From Octopus vulgaris (lineage: Eukaryota), in contig OX597832.1 in NCBI GenBank assembly GCA_951406725.2, positions 26,536,001 to 26,600,000 on the forward strand: a stretch of DNA of 64,000 nt, read 5' to 3'. The notes under the pieces are model-generated. The model was not told where the DNA came from. It worked only from the letters and a program-made list of their open reading frames with translations, and did no database searches. Positions 25,038 to 37,936 of this stretch are shown in pieces. How positions within the stretch are numbered: position 1 is the stretch's first letter; each line of letters begins with the position of its first letter. A program made the position numbers and the translations under genes.

Positions 25038-28000
25038 TTAATGGTACATTACCAAGTTCTCAATTATCATGAGTGTATTTTTCTGAAGTGGATACATAAA
25101 TTCTTGCTATATAGTAGATATGATTAAAACCTATTTCGAAATATTTCATTCAAAAACCGTCTCGTCTTGTGAGAACAAACATCTTGACAGCAATCTCATT
25201 TTGATACAAACTTCAACAAATTTTCAAGTATTTACAATTTTTTCTTATGTTGAACTTGGGAATTATTTGAATAAAAATTGTCCTTTTTTTTTTTTGTTTG
25301 ATCTTGTTCCTGATAACATTATCAGTCAAGTGACATTTAAATTTTATTCCTATATTTATTTTGGAGGTTTATATCAATATTTTTACACATACACATGTAC
25401 GATAATATGGTTAAAAAATTTGTTTCCCCGATCACATGGTCATGTGTTCAATCCCACTCTGTAACACTTTGGACTAGTGTCTTCAGCCTCTGACCAAAAT
25501 CTGAAGTGAAATTTGATAGATGTATCATAGACTGAAGCCTGTAGTACCTTGTACTATTTGAATTTGATTAAGTTATTATCACTTTACTCTTACTTGTTTC
25601 AGTCATTTGACTGCGGCCATGCTGGAGCACCGCCTTTAGTCGAAGAAATCAACCCCAGGATTTATTCTTTGTAAGCCTAGTACTTATTCTATTGGTCTCT
25701 TTTGCCAAACTGCTAAGTTACAGGAACGTAAACACACCAGCATCGGTTGTCAAGTGATGTTGGGGGGACAAACACAGATACACAAACATATACACACACA
25801 TACATATATATATATATATATGACGACAGGCTTCTTTCAGTTTCCGTCTACCAAATCCACTCACAAGGCTTTGGTCGGCCCGAGGCCACAATAGAAGAGA
25901 CTTGCTCAAGGTGCCATGCAGTTGGACTGAACCTGAAACCATGTGATTGGTAAGCAAGCTACTGACCACACAACCGCTCCTGCGCCTGTTTATACTAAGG
26001 ACACTGTTTTTATACAGATCAATAAAATAAGTATCAGACAAACTCCTGGGGTCCACATGAAGACCCTCAAAAATAGTGGCATAATATGGCCTCAGCCCAT
26101 GATTGAAACCAATTAAAAAAAGTATGTTTTATGCATGCATGTGAGTGTGTGATCCTGTCCCATCTATCAAAGGGGGTCTCTTTTACTTTGAAGGTTAGCA
26201 AGTTATAAGCTAAAACTATCAGTGCTGGTGTCATGATAAATGCACCCAGTACACTCTGTCAAGTGGTTGATCTTTGGAAGGGCATCCAGCAATAGAAACC
26301 ATGCGAATACAAAGATATTAAGCAAGACGTGATCCTCCAATTTATTGAATCCTGGACTATGGACATGCTAGGATACAGCCTTAAGGTTTAATCAATCGTA
26401 TTTACTGTATTAATTTCTATCAAATGGGGCTATGCTACCTCTTAATATAAAGTGGGTATAATTTTAAAATCCCAGTTTATACATATTAACTGTATGTCTA
26501 ATTGTACGTGTGTGTGTGTATAAAAACATTCTCGCCACAGAGGGCTCTTGGTCTTGTAGGAAACAAGACAATCCCTCTAGTGCTGGTGCCATAATAAAAT
26601 GCATCCAACTGCAGCAACCATGCCAAAAGTGGAATATGATCCCCAGGCTGGTAGTAGACTCAATTAAGAAGCAACTTGAACTGTTAATGATCCATCCAAC
26701 CCATACCAGCATAGAAAGTAGACAAAATAATGATGATGATGATAAATGATGTTATTTGCTTGGGAGTTGAATGAGTTTGCAAGTTTTCTACAAATGAATA
26801 CAGAAAACAAATTTAATACAACTAGAAGTTCAATACTAAAATACTATATATAGAGATTAATGAATAACAATTGGGGGTAGTTACGTAGACATACAACTGC
26901 CGCAATTTCATTCAATTTTCATAAACTGTCCTATTGTAAACCACTTGAAGTCAAAACTTTTTGATTTTCCTTTGTTACTGGTTACATGAAGCAGGTGTTT
27001 TGGAATCTGCTATAGAAATATTACTGAACAAACAAGTTTTTTCAGTTCTTTGTTTCTGCTGTGAAGTGTACAGTTGGACAAAGGAAGAATAAAAATTCCC
27101 AGAAAGAAAGAAAGAAAAAAACCCAATCCTAAAATCTTTGAATGAACACAAATGCTTGATAAAAATATTTTTCTAATTTTGGTTTTCTAATTTTGTATTC
27201 ATGGCGTTTCTTCGCCGCTTCGGTCGTCCGGCCGGTTTGGCGTCATGGTGTCGGGATGAAAAACCGCCTTAAAAGACGGCGAGCTGGCAGAAACGTTAGC
27301 ACGCCGGGCGAAATGCTTAGCGGTATTTCATCTGCCGCTACGTTCTGAGTTCAAATTCTGCCAAGGTCAACTTCGCCTTTCATCCTTTCGGGATCAATAA
27401 ATTAAGTACCAGTTACGCACTGGAGTCGATGTAATTGACTTAATCTCTTTGTCTGTCCCCTCTGTGGGTAGTAAAGAAATAGGTATTTTGTCTGCTGTTA
27501 CGTTCTGAGTTCAAATTCCGCCAAGGTCAACTTCGCCTTTCATCCTTTTGGGGTCGATAAATTAAGTACCAGTTTTGCACTGGGGTCGATCTATTCGACT
27601 TAATCCCTTTGTCTGTCCTTGTTTGACCCCTCTATGTTTAGCCCCTTGTGGGCAATAAAGAAATAGGAATTTTGTATTTAAGGTGGCAGAAATCATTACA
27701 ACACAAAGGAAACTTCTATGTGGGAGATCAACTCGCTAAAAGTAGCAGTCACTCTCCCTCGCATCCTTAGTGAAATTGGAATTATAAAAGAAGAATGCTG
27801 TTCTATAAAACACCAAGGTTATATTGGATGATGTCGATCTAGATACTGAAAAAGATACACACACAATGAGCTTTTCAGTTTCTGTCTTCCAAATCCACTC
27901 AGAAGATTTTGGGGTCAGCCAGGAGAGATAGTACAAGACACTTGCTCAAGGTGCTGCACAGAGGGATTGAACCTGAAGCTACATGGTTGGGAAGTATCTT

Positions 28001-29813
28001 CTCTGAAATACATAAACGCCTTGCAATATTTATATGAAGGCGGCAAGCTGGCAAATTGCTTTAGCCGCATTTCGTCTGTCTTTAAAATCCAGAGTTCAAA
28101 TTCAGCTGAGGTCAACTTTGCGTTTTGTCATTTCAATGTCAATAAAGTACCAGCTGAATACTGGGGTTGATGTAATCCACTCGCCCCCCCACCCTTCCCT
28201 GAACTTACAGGCCTTGTGCCAAAATTTGAAATCAATATTCATAGCTATCATTCTTAAGTTCAAAATGCAACCAATATCCTTCACATGGCCTTGAAGGGAA
28301 ATGCTATAAAAATAAGTTTACTATTTATCTGGGTGAACACCTGGCTTGTAGCCAATGGCAAGGATCAATATGTTCTGGTTAATTTTGTGCACGAAACAGT
28401 ATTATTAAAATAACTATTTTGTGGCTTTGAATTTCATCCAGTCACCATGGCCTTATATCTTTATGAGATCAATAAGATAGGTAATCAAGTTGATTTCATT
28501 GATTCTGTTTGTTCCAAGGAAATTTCTGATTCGGCTATTTTTACACCCAAAATAAGTCCTGCTTTGGTCTTCCACATGGAAGAACTCTTTCCTCAACAAC
28601 TGTGGTTCCGAGCCAAAATCAGACAACAATATTTCACAATTTGACAAAAAAATAGAACATTTTCAGATTTCAGAAAAATTCAAAAATAATTTAATTAGCT
28701 TTTACATTGATATTAACGATTTTACATAATTAAAATAAGCATAATTGTTTTATATGCTTATATCTATTTTTTAATGAGTCACCTTGTTAGGCACAGCTGT
28801 GTGGTAAGCAGTTGATTTTACAGTCCACACGGTTTTGGGGTTGACACAGAGTGACACCTTGGGCAAGTCTTTCTACTATATATAAATGGTTCCCAGCCTG
28901 TAGCCTGCAAAGGTAGTACTGGGGGTCCGCGAACATGTTAGCTGACAGACCTTTCTATACCCTGGGGGTCTGTGGGAGAACTCCTTTAAATAAAAGGAAC
29001 CCTTGGTAATGAAAACGTTGGGAAGCACTGTACTATAACCTTGGCCTGGCCAAAACCTTTAAGTTCATATTGTATACGGAAACTGAAAGAAGCCTGTCAT
29101 ACATGTATACACATATATATATATATGCGTGTGTCCCCTCTACATTACCGCTTGATAACCAGTGTTGGTTCGTTCACGTCCCCATAACATAACAGTTTGA
29201 CAAAGGAGACAGAATAAGTACCTCGAGTTAGAAAATAAATACTAGGGTAGACTTGTTTGACTAGAACCCTTCATGGTGGGGCCCTAGCAGGACACATTTT
29301 TTAGTGGTAAAATATTAAAGTTTGAGAATTCTAAATCGTTTTATAGTGCCTCATTCCATGCATTATGTGTTACCCGACAGCTTGTGGAGAATTATATATA
29401 AAAAAATAATCGTTATTGATATTATTATTTTTTAACCTATCTAAAAACAGAGTCATTTAAATAAGCAGTTTTGTAGAAACCGAAGCAGTAATCGTTTATA
29501 GGTCAACTCTGAAGGGCATGAATAAAAGGGGGCTTGGAATGAAAATTAGCCAACTCCATAACAAACAGAAATAAAATGGATTTTTTATTCATAAGGAGAA
29601 AGATAAGATAAATAATTGCGTAAGGAGTGTAAGATATTATAATGATGAGGTCAATGACCTTTAGAGATATATATAGAGAGAGAGAACGGGGGGGGGGGCA
29701 AGTCGGAAAGAGAAAGAATGACATAACGAGAGTGGGGGGGGGGTTATGAAGTGAATCGCGAATTTCTAAGAAACAGATATAAGGAGGTGATACGAGATAA
29801 AAGGAGATAAGAG

Positions 29814-30642
29814 GGCGATCTTTCGTTTGTAGTAGCACGTTTCCGTCGATGATTTCCGTAAAAAACTATTATTTTTTTTACATATGGGCTTGCGGGAACA
29901 TTTGAAGTAATGAGAGCGAAAGAGACTAAGAGAAAGCGATTTTATGACGAGGGAATTTCTTTTGAAGTTACCGAAGCATTGATGTACATGTGTGTGTGTG
30001 CGCGCGCGCGCGCGTGTGTTTGATGGGGTGTGGGAGACAGACAGTATGTTGTGTAAGTGAAGTGCTTCTGTTAGTGTGTGTGAAGAGACAGAGAGAGTAA
30101 TGTGTGAAAGAGAGAGATAACTGATTTTTTACTCGGTGTATGTGTATATGTATCTATGTATGTGTGTGTGTATGTATCTATGTATGTGTGTGTATATGTA
30201 TGTATGCATGTATGTGTGTGTGTGTATGTATGTATGGCCGATTCAGTGTACACTGAATCGGCCATACATACATACATACATACACACACATACATAGATA
30301 CATACACACACACATACATAGATACATATACACATACACCGAGTAAAAAAATTCAGTTATCTCTCTCTTTCACACATTACTCTCTCTGTCTCTTCACACA
30401 CACTAACAGAAGCACTTCACTTACACAACATACTGTCTGTCTCCCACACCCCATCAAACACACACACATGTACATCAATGCTTCGGTAACTTCAAAAGAA
30501 ATTCCCTCGTCATAAAATCGCTTCCTCTTAGTCTCTTTCGCTCTCATTACTTCAAATGTTCCCGCAAGCCCATATGTAAAAAAATAAAAGTTTTTTACGG
30601 AAATCAACGACGGAAACGTGCTACTACAAACGAAAGATCGCC
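29814..30642. repeat. ~830-bp spacerless palindrome (fold-back) in MT intron 1
   Basis: Centre ...ggccgattcagtgt|acactgaatcggcc... at 30249/30250; arms match to ggcgatctttcgtttgtagtagcacg / cgtgctactacaaacgaaagatcgcc, differing mainly in microsatellite length. Confidence 0.95.
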
Positions 30643-32622
30643 GATCGATTTGAATTTAAGGTCATAAAAACGAGGTCACCCAAGAGTTTATTTTATCGAC
30701 CACAATTAAAATAGAAAAACCGGAATTCAACTCTAAACGTTCAGAAACTAAACACACAGTGAGATGCAAATGAATATATCGCTTTCAAATTTTGGCACAA
30801 GGCCAGAAAGTTCGGAGGACCGGGTAAGTCGATTACATCTACCCCAGTACTCAACTGGTACTTATTTTACTAAGGCTGAAAGGCAAAGTCGGCCTCGGCG
30901 GAATTTGAACTCAGAACGTTAGACAAAATGCCTATTTCTTTACTACCCACAAGGAGCTAAACACAGAGAGGACAAACAAGGACAAAGGGATTAAGTCGAT
31001 TACAGTGCGAAACTGGTACTTCATTTATCGACCCCGAGAAAGGGTTGAAAGGCAAAGTCGACCTCGGCGGAATTTGAACACAGAACGTTAAGATAGACAA
31101 AATACCGCAAAGCATTTTGTGATATATATATATATAAATATATTTGCCGCCAAATTGAAATCCCAGGGATTGCGCGGTGAAACAACTGTTTGCGTGGCTT
31201 TTAAACTAAACAAAAGATGAGAGAAAAATCACACCAAACGACTCGAGCCATGTTTCCGTTTCATTCTTTTAAGATATCGAAATAAAACAGGATTTTTTTT
31301 CTCTCTCACATAAATAATGTCTCCTTGCATAAAACTGTCTCTGCGTACAACTCATTCATTGTCATTCAATCATATGCGACATCAATTACTTGTAATTATT
31401 ATTTTTTTTTTTTTATCTAAATGAAAAAATCTAAAGCCTTCCCTCCCCGTTACGTCTTGGTTCTAAGCCAAAATTATGATTTTATTTTTAGTCATCCAGC
31501 TTCTATTCCTTTTATAAAAGGATTTTTTGGCTGTCAATTCTTATACTGACCATATCAGTATAAAAGGCCAAGGTGGATGAATTAACTTTAAGTCGAGATT
31601 TGAACCAACAGTGTAAAAATCAAGCTCAAAATCTTCAATTCCATTTGGGGAATTAAAAGCTGTTTTAGGAAATCGAACTTGAAAATCCGAGTATCGCCAC
31701 AGAAGACACCAAAATATATTTGATACAATATATATTTCTTTACTACCCACAAGGGGCTAAACACAGAGGGGACAAACAAGGACAGACAAAGAGATTAAAG
31801 TCGATTACATCGACCCCCAGTGCGAAACTGGTACTTTATTTAATCGACCCCGAAAGAACGAAAGGCAAAGTCGATCTCGGCGGAATTTGAACTCAGAACA
31901 TAACAGCAGACGAAATACCTATTTCTTTACTACCCACAAGGGGCTAAATACAGAGGGGACAAACAAGGACAGACAAAGGGATTAAGTCGAATAGATCGAC
32001 CCCAGTGCGAAACTGGTACTTTATTTAACGACCCCGAAAGGACGAAAAGCAAAGTCGACCTCGGCGGAATTTGAACTCAGAACGTAACGGCAGACGAAAT
32101 ATATTTGATACCATATATTTATTTAACCTGTGAACACCTGAAACTTGCAGCGCTTCTTTTAGTGATGCAAAAATAAGAATATAAAATGTTGAACCTTTGT
32201 TCTTGAAGCAAAAGTCCGTTTGCCTGTCATGGACAAACGCTCCTCTCTATTCTCAGCCATCACATATTTAAATCAAACAGAATTCTTTAGAATCATTACA
32301 ATTGATATTATTAGCTCGGGGAGAAAGGTTAACTTTAGCCACTTCATTATTTATATCTAGCTATATCCCAAACTTTAACCTTAGGAACCAAATTTTTGAA
32401 ATTTATTCTGCTGACACCAGATATGAAAAGACATTCTATAGTGATCAAAAAACTTCGTATCTGCTTTAAATGTCCCAATCCAAGCATATTGACACCAACA
32501 TCTAAGATGCTTCCTGATCTTAGCCATCAACAATCTAGATCAAGTCTTCGGAAAGACGTCGCTGAAATCACCTCAGATGATGTGATTCAAAACAAATTTC
32601 TTATATAAAGTCTGTCACCCCA

Positions 32623-32796
32623 CCGACTTTGTTTCCTCATAACTTTAAGAAAAAATAAATTCTTTTAAAAATAGAATTTTCTATATATGCGTTTCAGATT
32701 GTGTAGATTCCAATATAATTGGTACCTACATCATCTGCAACGCTTTTTGTAGAAAATTTCATTAAAAATATCCCGTTATGAGGAAACAAAGTCGGT
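32623..32796. mobile_element. Short MITE-like element with CCGACTTTGTTTCCTCATAAC inverted repeats
   Basis: Inverted repeat at about 32623-32643 / 32775-32795; related pieces at 33160-33295 and 38594-38850. Confidence 0.6.
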
Positions 32797-32799
32797 TAG

Positions 32800-32835
<36 letters not shown>

Positions 32836-33841
32836 CGTATAAAGCAGTATTTCGTCTGCCGCTACGTTCTGAGTTCAAATTCCGCCGAGGTCGACTTTGC
32901 CTTTCATCCTTTCGGGGTCGATAAATTAAGTACCAGTTACGCACTGGGGTCGATGTAATCGACTTAATCCGTTTGTCTGTCCTTGATTGTCCCCTCTGTG
33001 TTTAGCCCCTTGTGGGTAGTAAAGACATATATATATGTGTGTGTGTATATAAACGGAATTCAATGTAAAAGATGGTTGGGCGCGCGCACTCACACACAAA
33101 TACTATATTACAAAATGAAGCTTAATATTTTGTAGATATATGTGAGGCATGTCACTATGTGTGCACGCCCATTTTTTTCTCCCATGAAATTTCGATGTAA
33201 CTGGAATCTAGACTCTCTGGTGTTTGGAGAAAATTCCATTAAAAAGCATCCGTTTTTCTCAAAGTTATGAGGAAACAAAGTCGAAGGGTGCATACTTGTG
33301 CAGATATATTTATATATACATACATTTATACACACACACACACGCAGGCCAGGGATGTGTGTGAAAGCGCGTATAAGAGTTGTAGTGTAGCTTATTTAGC
33401 CTGAGGTCAGCTGTGATCCAACAACCGATGAAGCAAAGATGTTAAGGCTCAAAAAGCCCGATCTTTTCCCCTTCTTTCAGGATTGTAACAGATTATTTAG
33501 ACTTCAATTTATTTTCTTAAGGCAGAGAGATCAAGCTGATGTTTTCAGCAGACACTAAAGTTTGGTGTCAGAAACTAAGTTGACAAACTGACAGAAAAAT
33601 GTTTGTTTGTTTTTTGGCGAAACTCTGTGGGTTAGTAGTATTTGCAAACATTATAATTAAATAAATAATTGCTTTAATGAATGTGGCAGTGGTTACTGAC
33701 AGACTCCGAAAATATCTCTCGAAAAAATAACCTATCAACAGAAAATATAAACAAAACTTTAAAGTTCAAATATATAAAGTTCAAAGGGTTAAATCAAAGT
33801 GCCAACGAGGGGGTAAAATGTGAGTTTATAAATACACACAC

Positions 33842-34160
33842 AGCTTCTGAAGCGCTCGTGTCCCTCGAAACATTGCGCACGGCCCATTGCCTAATCGCCC
33901 TAAGCATGCTCAATATTTCTGGAGCTGACTTTCCAAAGTTCAACGCAAATTTACCAAATGTTTCACGTTGGCTTTCTGTTCCAAATTCCTGCCCATGACA
34001 AAAATCGCAGACTACAGCATACACGTAATATCAAAATTTTACAATTTGCCAAGTAAACACAGCGATGTCACTCGGCACATGGCCTTATAAAGGGCCACTT
34101 CTAGCTCTCAGTGCGCACGCGAACGTGCTGCCATGTATTGGCGCGCTGCGGAAACCTTTT
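33842..34160 (-). mobile_element. Mariner transposase N-terminal remnant
   Basis: GTESQRETFGKFALNFGKSAPEILSMLR resembles the mariner HTH start (EQR..IKFC..LGKSA.E...ML). Confidence 0.6.
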
Positions 34161-34185
34161 AATACCACTTCGTAATATACGCACA

Positions 34186-34352
34186 AAGGCAGCTCAAAAG
34201 GTCGCCGTTTTGACACCGTGGTCGAAAATCCGGAACGAATTGCAGAAGGTTCTCGATTCTCTTATGGAAAACGACTTCCAGGCCGGATTCTAAAAGCGCC
34301 AGGAACGCGGGGACCAGGGCAGTGCTGCGCAAGGTGACTATTTCGAAGATAA
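34186..34352 (+). mobile_element. Mariner transposase C-terminal remnant
   Basis: With frameshifts: ...RRFDTVV..RNELQKVLDSLMENDFQAGF*KRQERGDQGSAAQGDYFED, matching the mariner C-terminus (W.RC...QGDYFE). Confidence 0.7.
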
Positions 34353-34799
34353 TGTTTATACACACACACACGTAGTTTGGCGCACAAACTTTAGTACAAT
34401 CTTAGTTTAGGTTACCAATTGACTGATCAACGAGAATGCTCAACGGTCCAATAGGTAGTCGGTGCTACAACTTTGTACATGTTTGAATTAAGCGAATGGA
34501 AAGAATAGATCTCAAATACTACGTAGTAGTTTTGTTTCCGTTCACGAAAACATTTTATGCTTGTAAGCCATATAAGATTGGCTGTATAAAGTTAAGAAAT
34601 CTAGATCAACCCTTCAGACCCCCAGGGGATAGACATCTAGGGTAGAACTGTCCTTCCCTTCACACTGAAGTTTGATTTTAATGGAGATTTTGGCTGCTAT
34701 TTCTAACAAGCCGAACGACCACGTTGGCTCGCGTTTCCTGGACTCCGTGTTTATTGTCCAATGTCCAATGTTATGGAAACTAACGAATTATATACATAC

Positions 34800-34848
<49 letters not shown>

Positions 34849-35449
34849 CACACACATACATGTACGCACAATAGAAGCCGCTTACTGTGATCACTTGAAG
34901 CCTTTTCGATAATAACTGGTTGACAACATTAAGTAAATATAGTATAAGACCTAATTTGATAGCAATAACCGGTTGATAACAATAAGCAAATAGGGATTCA
35001 CTAATTTCTATAGCAATAACCAAAACAAATAAAGCGCTTAGGGTTCACCAGATTTCGATAACAATAACTAAAAGCAAAATGAGTCCGGGACCCACAGATT
35101 TGGGTGACAATAACTGGTATAAATGACCTTAACCGAAGTGTTTATATATGAAATATTGAAACGCATATCTTTTTTCTTGATCGCCATTTATAGGATCTTT
35201 CTCTCTCTGCGGATTCAACGAAGTTGCTCTTTGATAAGGGCCGTGGCGGGTCCCTTACAGCACCCCTTTCTTCAGAGAGGATTTGCTTGGGGGTGGGTGG
35301 GGGAGGCTGTAGGGTTCTTGTCATAAACAAAAAGCAGTAAAATGATCTGGAACTATTGTTTGACGACGGATCGGATCGGTTTGTAGGTACAACACAGAAT
35401 GGAAATGAAAGAGATATAATGATGGCTACTAAAGGACAGGTGATATATT

Positions 35450-36198
35450 GAAAAGAAAGAAAGAAAGATAGATAGACAGAGAAATAGATAGACAGATAGA
35501 AAAAGAGATAGATAGATAGACAGACATATATAGAAAAATAGATAGACAGATAGATAAACAGACAGAGAAATAGATAAATATAGACAGAAGGATAGATAGA
35601 CAGAAATATATAGACAGACAGAAATAGATAGACAGAGAAATAGATAGGTAGAGAAATAGATAGGTAGATAGAGAAATAAAGATAGATAGATAGACAGACA
35701 GATATATAGACAATCAGAGAAATAGATCGATAAATAGAGAGATATAGACGGACATGAACAGGTAGATATAAACAGTCTCCCACATTGGCTCATAGTCGAG
35801 CAAACATGTAAATAGACAGACAATAAGATATAGACGGACATGAACAGGTAAGACAAATAGCTAGACATAGACAGATAGATAGACATTGATAAATAGACAC
35901 AGACTCCCTCGATGGATCATACTCGAACCAACATGTAAATAGTTAGACAGACAGATAGACAGCAGTGAGACAGATACATAAATAAACAGACATAGACAGA
36001 CATGAACAGGTAAGACAAATAACTAGACATAGACAGATAGACAGACTTCTTCATTAGATCATACTCGAACCAACATGTAAATAGTTAGACAACAATGAAA
36101 CAGACAGACAGAGATAAACAGATATAGATGGAGATGAACAGGTAAGACAAATAACTAGACATAGACAGAAAGATAGACAGACAGACAGACAGACAAAC

Positions 36199-36283
<85 letters not shown>

Positions 36284-36480
36284 TATAGCTAGATAGACAG
36301 ATAGATAGATAGGTAGATCCTGATAAATAGACATTGATAAATAGGCATAGACTCCCTCATTGAGTTAGACAGCAGTGAGACAGACAGACATAGATAAACA
36401 GACGGATTTAGACGGAGATGAACAGGTAAGACAAAAAGCTAGACATAGACAGAAAGAAAGAAAGAAAGCTAGATAGATGG
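35450..36480. repeat. (GATA/GACA)n-rich block with ~120-bp higher-order repeat
   Basis: Recurring ga(c/g)atgaacaggtaagacaaa...ctagacatagacag units; lies at the start of MT intron 1. Confidence 0.85.
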
Positions 36481-36525
36481 ATATAAAAAGGGATGAAAGA
36501 CCGTTTTTTTCCCCAAAAAACTTAC

Positions 36526-36556
36526 CCTCCAAGGTACAGCAACAACTGTCTGGCAT
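36526..36556 (-). CDS. MT: Metallothionein exon 1 (coding part): MPDSCCCTLE(G)
   Basis: atcATG start, 31 nt, phase-1 GTAAGT donor; like the short first exon of molluscan MTs (MSDPCNC..TG); phase fits exon 2. Confidence 0.85.
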
Positions 36557-36666
36557 GATTGATGCTTTAGAAGTTTAATATATTCAATGGAAGGACAACA
36601 AAGTCTACTTTGTTGTTGTTGCTCTGGTGAAGTGTGTCTATGCTGTTGTAGTAACGGAAAAACACG

Positions 36667-36673
36667 TATTATA
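36667..36673 (-). promoter_or_regulatory. Candidate TATA box of MT gene
   Basis: TATAATA on minus strand about 110 bp upstream of the ATG. Confidence 0.55.
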
Positions 36674-37006
36674 GACGGCTGCCACTGATATATATCCTAT
36701 ATGTATATAGAACTATATATGTGTGTGTATATGGTGTGTATATGCGTGTGTATGTAAGTTTTAAATACAAGTGGTCATGTAGACATGTGTGTGTGTCTAT
36801 GGAAGCTGTTTAATGTCTGACTCTGTTAACCACTTTTGACAGAGGAATAGACGGAGTGGGAGGAAGGGGAGGCTTGCGTTGAACGTAGGCGCATACGAAG
36901 GGGGGAGATGAAGAGGATAGGTAAGAGGGGGGGAAAGTAAGAGACGCGCATACGTTAACGCGTAGAAGGACATAAACGCATAGAGGAAAACGACATGTAG
37001 GCATTT

Positions 37007-37317
37007 TGCACGCATGCACGCAACGCACGCATTTGCAGTGAGACACACACACTCACACACATATATATACATATATATGTGTATGTATAATAGATGCACT
37101 CACGCGAAAGTGCACATGCGCAAATGTAGAGACGCACACACACACATAGGCGTACACATACAGATGCACGCACGTACTTATACACATATGCTCATAGACG
37201 CGTAGCTATACACACACATACGCACACTTGTACACATACGCACATAAGATACATAAGCATACATACATGTAGATATACACACATACACACGGAAATGACC
37301 GAAGAGTAACGTGTGCA
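37007..37317. promoter_or_regulatory. Cluster of five metal-response-element cores (TGCRCNC)
   Basis: TGCACGC 37007-37013, 37015-37021, 37165-37171; TGCACTC 37095-37101; TGCACAC (minus) 37311-37317. All upstream of MT exon 1, but in CA/TG-rich sequence. Confidence 0.5.
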
Positions 37318-37702
37318 AAGTCAATAATCTTAGGGTGGGTCGGTCACAAGTGACGCACGCACACACACACGCACGCATACACACACATACACACACACAC
37401 ACTACATACATATACGTATAAAGTCATACACGTACATACATTCATATGTGCTGTCACACATGCATACACATAAATGCAACCTGCTGCCCCCTCCCTCCAC
37501 GTCACTCCCTTATTGGATCATACTCGAGCCACCGACAGAAGCCTGCTAGAAATAGCAGCCAAATCTTTCTCTGAACTCGCAGTCTTCATTTTTCTGAATT
37601 AAAATAAATATAAAATAAATGTAATTTATATTTCGTTTTTGGGGATCCCGTTTTTGGATTTGGTTTGCAAGATTCTTTATATGAGTTCGTGTGTTGAAGC
37701 AT

Positions 37703-37936
37703 ATTCTGTTGTGTCTGGGGAGAGTCATTTTCTTTTTGTGCCTTATAATTTAACACACTAAGCGGTAAAATTTCCACTTTTTTCTTATTTTTAAGAGTCA
37801 AAACTATTGAAAATGTTGCAAGAAGCAACGAGAATTTTAGGACAATAAAAATAAGAAAAAAGTGGAAATTTTACCGGTGAGTGTGTTAAATTATAAGGCA
37901 CCAAAAGAGAATGACTCTCCCCAGACACAACAAAAT
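37703..37936. repeat. ~90-bp-arm inverted repeat with ~50-bp spacer
   Basis: 37703-37793 vs 37846-37936 (tgttgtgtctggggagagtcatt... / ...aatgactctccccagacacaaca). Confidence 0.9.
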
